64,000 bases of DNA from the human T2T-CHM13v2.0 reference genome, Homo sapiens: NCBI RefSeq assembly GCF_009914755.1, contig NC_060927.1. One strand, written 5' to 3'. Numbering within the stretch: position 1 is the first letter of the stretch; every line of letters begins with the position of its first letter. This document shows, piece after piece, positions 61,926 through 64,000 of the stretch. Position numbers and translations under genes: made by a program. The notes beneath the pieces are model-generated. The model was given only the letters and a program-made list of their open reading frames with translations. It was not told where the DNA came from and searched no databases.

Positions 61926-62709
61926 CACCCAACCTATGTAATACTTAGCTTTGTTCTTAGTCATTGTTGCAAAGCTCATTTCACCCCTCAGTCAGGCTTA
62001 TTACATTCATTCGTGTTCTCAAGAGACAAGAGGGTCTTGCCCAAAACTACAGAATATCACTATCACAAGTTGCCATTCCCACTAGAATTTACCTTGATCC
62101 CCAGTGATGCTACATGCATTATTATGTTAGTTTCTTCTTGGAGGTGTTATTTTTAAACTGCAAGATTAAAGCTCCTACAAGCTTCTGACAACATGAAAAT
62201 CAGACACGACTTTGCAGTCTTTTTAAAACAAACTAGTAAGAAGGTCCCAATTAAGAGAAAAAGAGTAGTCACACATACCTGTAGAACTGATTCTACTTTA
62301 TACTTTCATCTTGCTCTAAAACACATTCCTTGAGTCTCAGTTTAGTAGAGATAAGATTCACCCAGTCGGGGGATATTAGTTCTTCCTGGATATTTTAATT
62401 AAACTGTTACATTGAGTAGTTCTGAAAATCACATATAATCATTCAAGGTATGGTGGAGTTCTGTTCTCCAGCATATGGCTCTCCACCCAGCCACATTCCA
62501 TCTCCTTAGGTAAACTAGCTGGAGGCCTTCAGTGTAAGCTCTTTAATTTTTAAACTCTTGGGTGGTGCTTTGTTCTTCGGGTAGAGAGTAGAGCAAGAGA
62601 ACGAATTACCAAACAGTAATATTACCCCCATCGACAAGCGGGTGGTGTTTATATCACACATACTATATACCAAGAAATGCGCCACACCTTTTACATGAAT
62701 ACTCATTTT

Positions 62710-63595
62710 AAAACAGTAAAGACTTTATATTTAGAGAAGTTTTAGGTTTACAGCAAAACTGATAGTAAGGTACGGAGATAGCCCACATATCCCCTGCCCC
62801 ACATATGTTGCCTCCCATATTAACTTCCCCCCACCAGACTGGTACATTTGTTACAATTTGTGAACCTACAAGGACATATCACCCAAAGTCCATAGTTTAC
62901 AAGAGGATTCAGTCTTGGTGTTGTACATTCTATGGGTTTGGGTAAATGTATAATGGCATGTATCCACCATTACAGTATCATATAGAGTAGTTTCATTGTC
63001 CTAAAAGATCCTCTGTGATCCGCCTATTCATCCCTCCCTCCCTCCTAATCCTTGGCAACCACTGATCTTTTTATTATCTCCATAATTTTGCCTTTTCCAG
63101 AATTCCATATAGTCAGAATCATGGAGCATGCAGCCTCTTTAGGTAGGCTTCTTTCACTTAGTAATATACATTTAAGTTTCCGCCATGTCTCTTCATGGAT
63201 TGATAGCTAATTTGTTTTTGGCACTGAATCAGAAACCCTTGTTGGGATGTACCACAGTGTATTTATCCATTCACCCACTGAAGAATTTCTTGGTGGCTTC
63301 CATGTTTTGGCAATTAAGGATAAGACTGCTATGAACATTCATGTGTAGATTTTTGTGTGGCTATGTTTTCAACTCCTTTGAGTAAATATCAAGGAATACA
63401 ACTGCTGGATCATGTTGTAAGAGCATGTAGTTTTGTAAGAAATCGCCAAACTGTATTCCAAAGAGGCTGTAATATGTTGCATTCCCAACAGAAATGAATG
63501 AGAGTTCCTGTTGCTTCACATCCTCTCTAGCATTTGGCATTGTCAGTGTTCTGATTTGGGCTCTTCTAATAAGTGTGTGGTGGTATCTCACTGTT
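62710..63595 (-). mobile_element. L1MC1-like 5'-truncated L1 inserted into a MIR (MIR halves ~62655-62709 and ~63596-63765)
   Basis: gactttatatttagagaagttttaggtttacagcaaaactg...cacccaaagtccatagtttac...cttggcaaccactgatctttt. TSD tgaatactcatttt (62696-62709) vs tgaacactcatttt (63596-63609). Confidence 0.9.
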
Positions 63596-64000
63596 TGAAC
63601 ACTCATTTTTGAAATATCCACATAGGCTATTATGATCTTCATTTTACAGTTCAAGAAGCTGAAACTCAAAGAATGTAGATATTTCAAACTGGCCATTATA
63701 AGCTAGAGCCAAGATTCAAACTCAAGTTTGGTGAATTTCATAGCCTATACTTTCTATCATTGAGGTACATCTTGTTTTCTCAGTTGTATTATGTGATTTG
63801 CAAGTCCTATGAATAATATATTTAAATTATACCAACATGAAAACTAAGTGTAATCTTCAGTCAATAAAATATCCACTAAATACTTCAAAATATGAAACTG
63901 GAAGCTTATCTAAATGAACTAATTCTTTAATATCACCATGAAAGGATGATGTTTTAAATTAAGAAGTGAAGAATTTATAGTTTCCAGATTGAGAATAATT

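Overview
Primate (very probably human or great-ape) non-coding genomic DNA. It is AT-rich, CpG-depleted and dominated by interspersed repeats. I see no protein-coding gene, tRNA, rRNA, snRNA, CRISPR array or CpG island, and I cannot name the locus from sequence alone. The listed ORFs are chance ORFs or pieces of Alu/L1; the only real protein homology is decayed L1 ORF2p reverse transcriptase. Best-supported features: nine Alus or Alu fragments; six L1 pieces (including a twin-primed, 5'-inverted L1PB at 32.1-34.5 kb and a near-full-length ancient L1M at 52.2-58.7 kb); solo LTRs with visible target-site duplications (TSDs) (LTR7B/HERV-H, MER61-type, MLT1C, MST); other LTR remnants (THE1, MER31, LTR16); DNA-transposon relics (MADE1, MER20, MER58A, MER2, MER102-like); many MIR/L2 fragments; a 33-bp VNTR and several microsatellites. 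I found no convincing new biological system. The best leads are: (i) a 2.4-kb convergent LTR7B / CpG patch / MADE1 hairpin / MER61 arrangement at 12.7-15.1 kb; (ii) repeat-poor, homeodomain-motif-dense candidate enhancers near 8, 21 and 23 kb; (iii) the L1 twin-priming and possible 3'-transduction structure; (iv) small CpG-retaining patches. Subfamily names come from recalled consensus sequences and need RepeatMasker/Dfam confirmation. Boundaries of old elements (MIR, L2, MLT1) are approximate.
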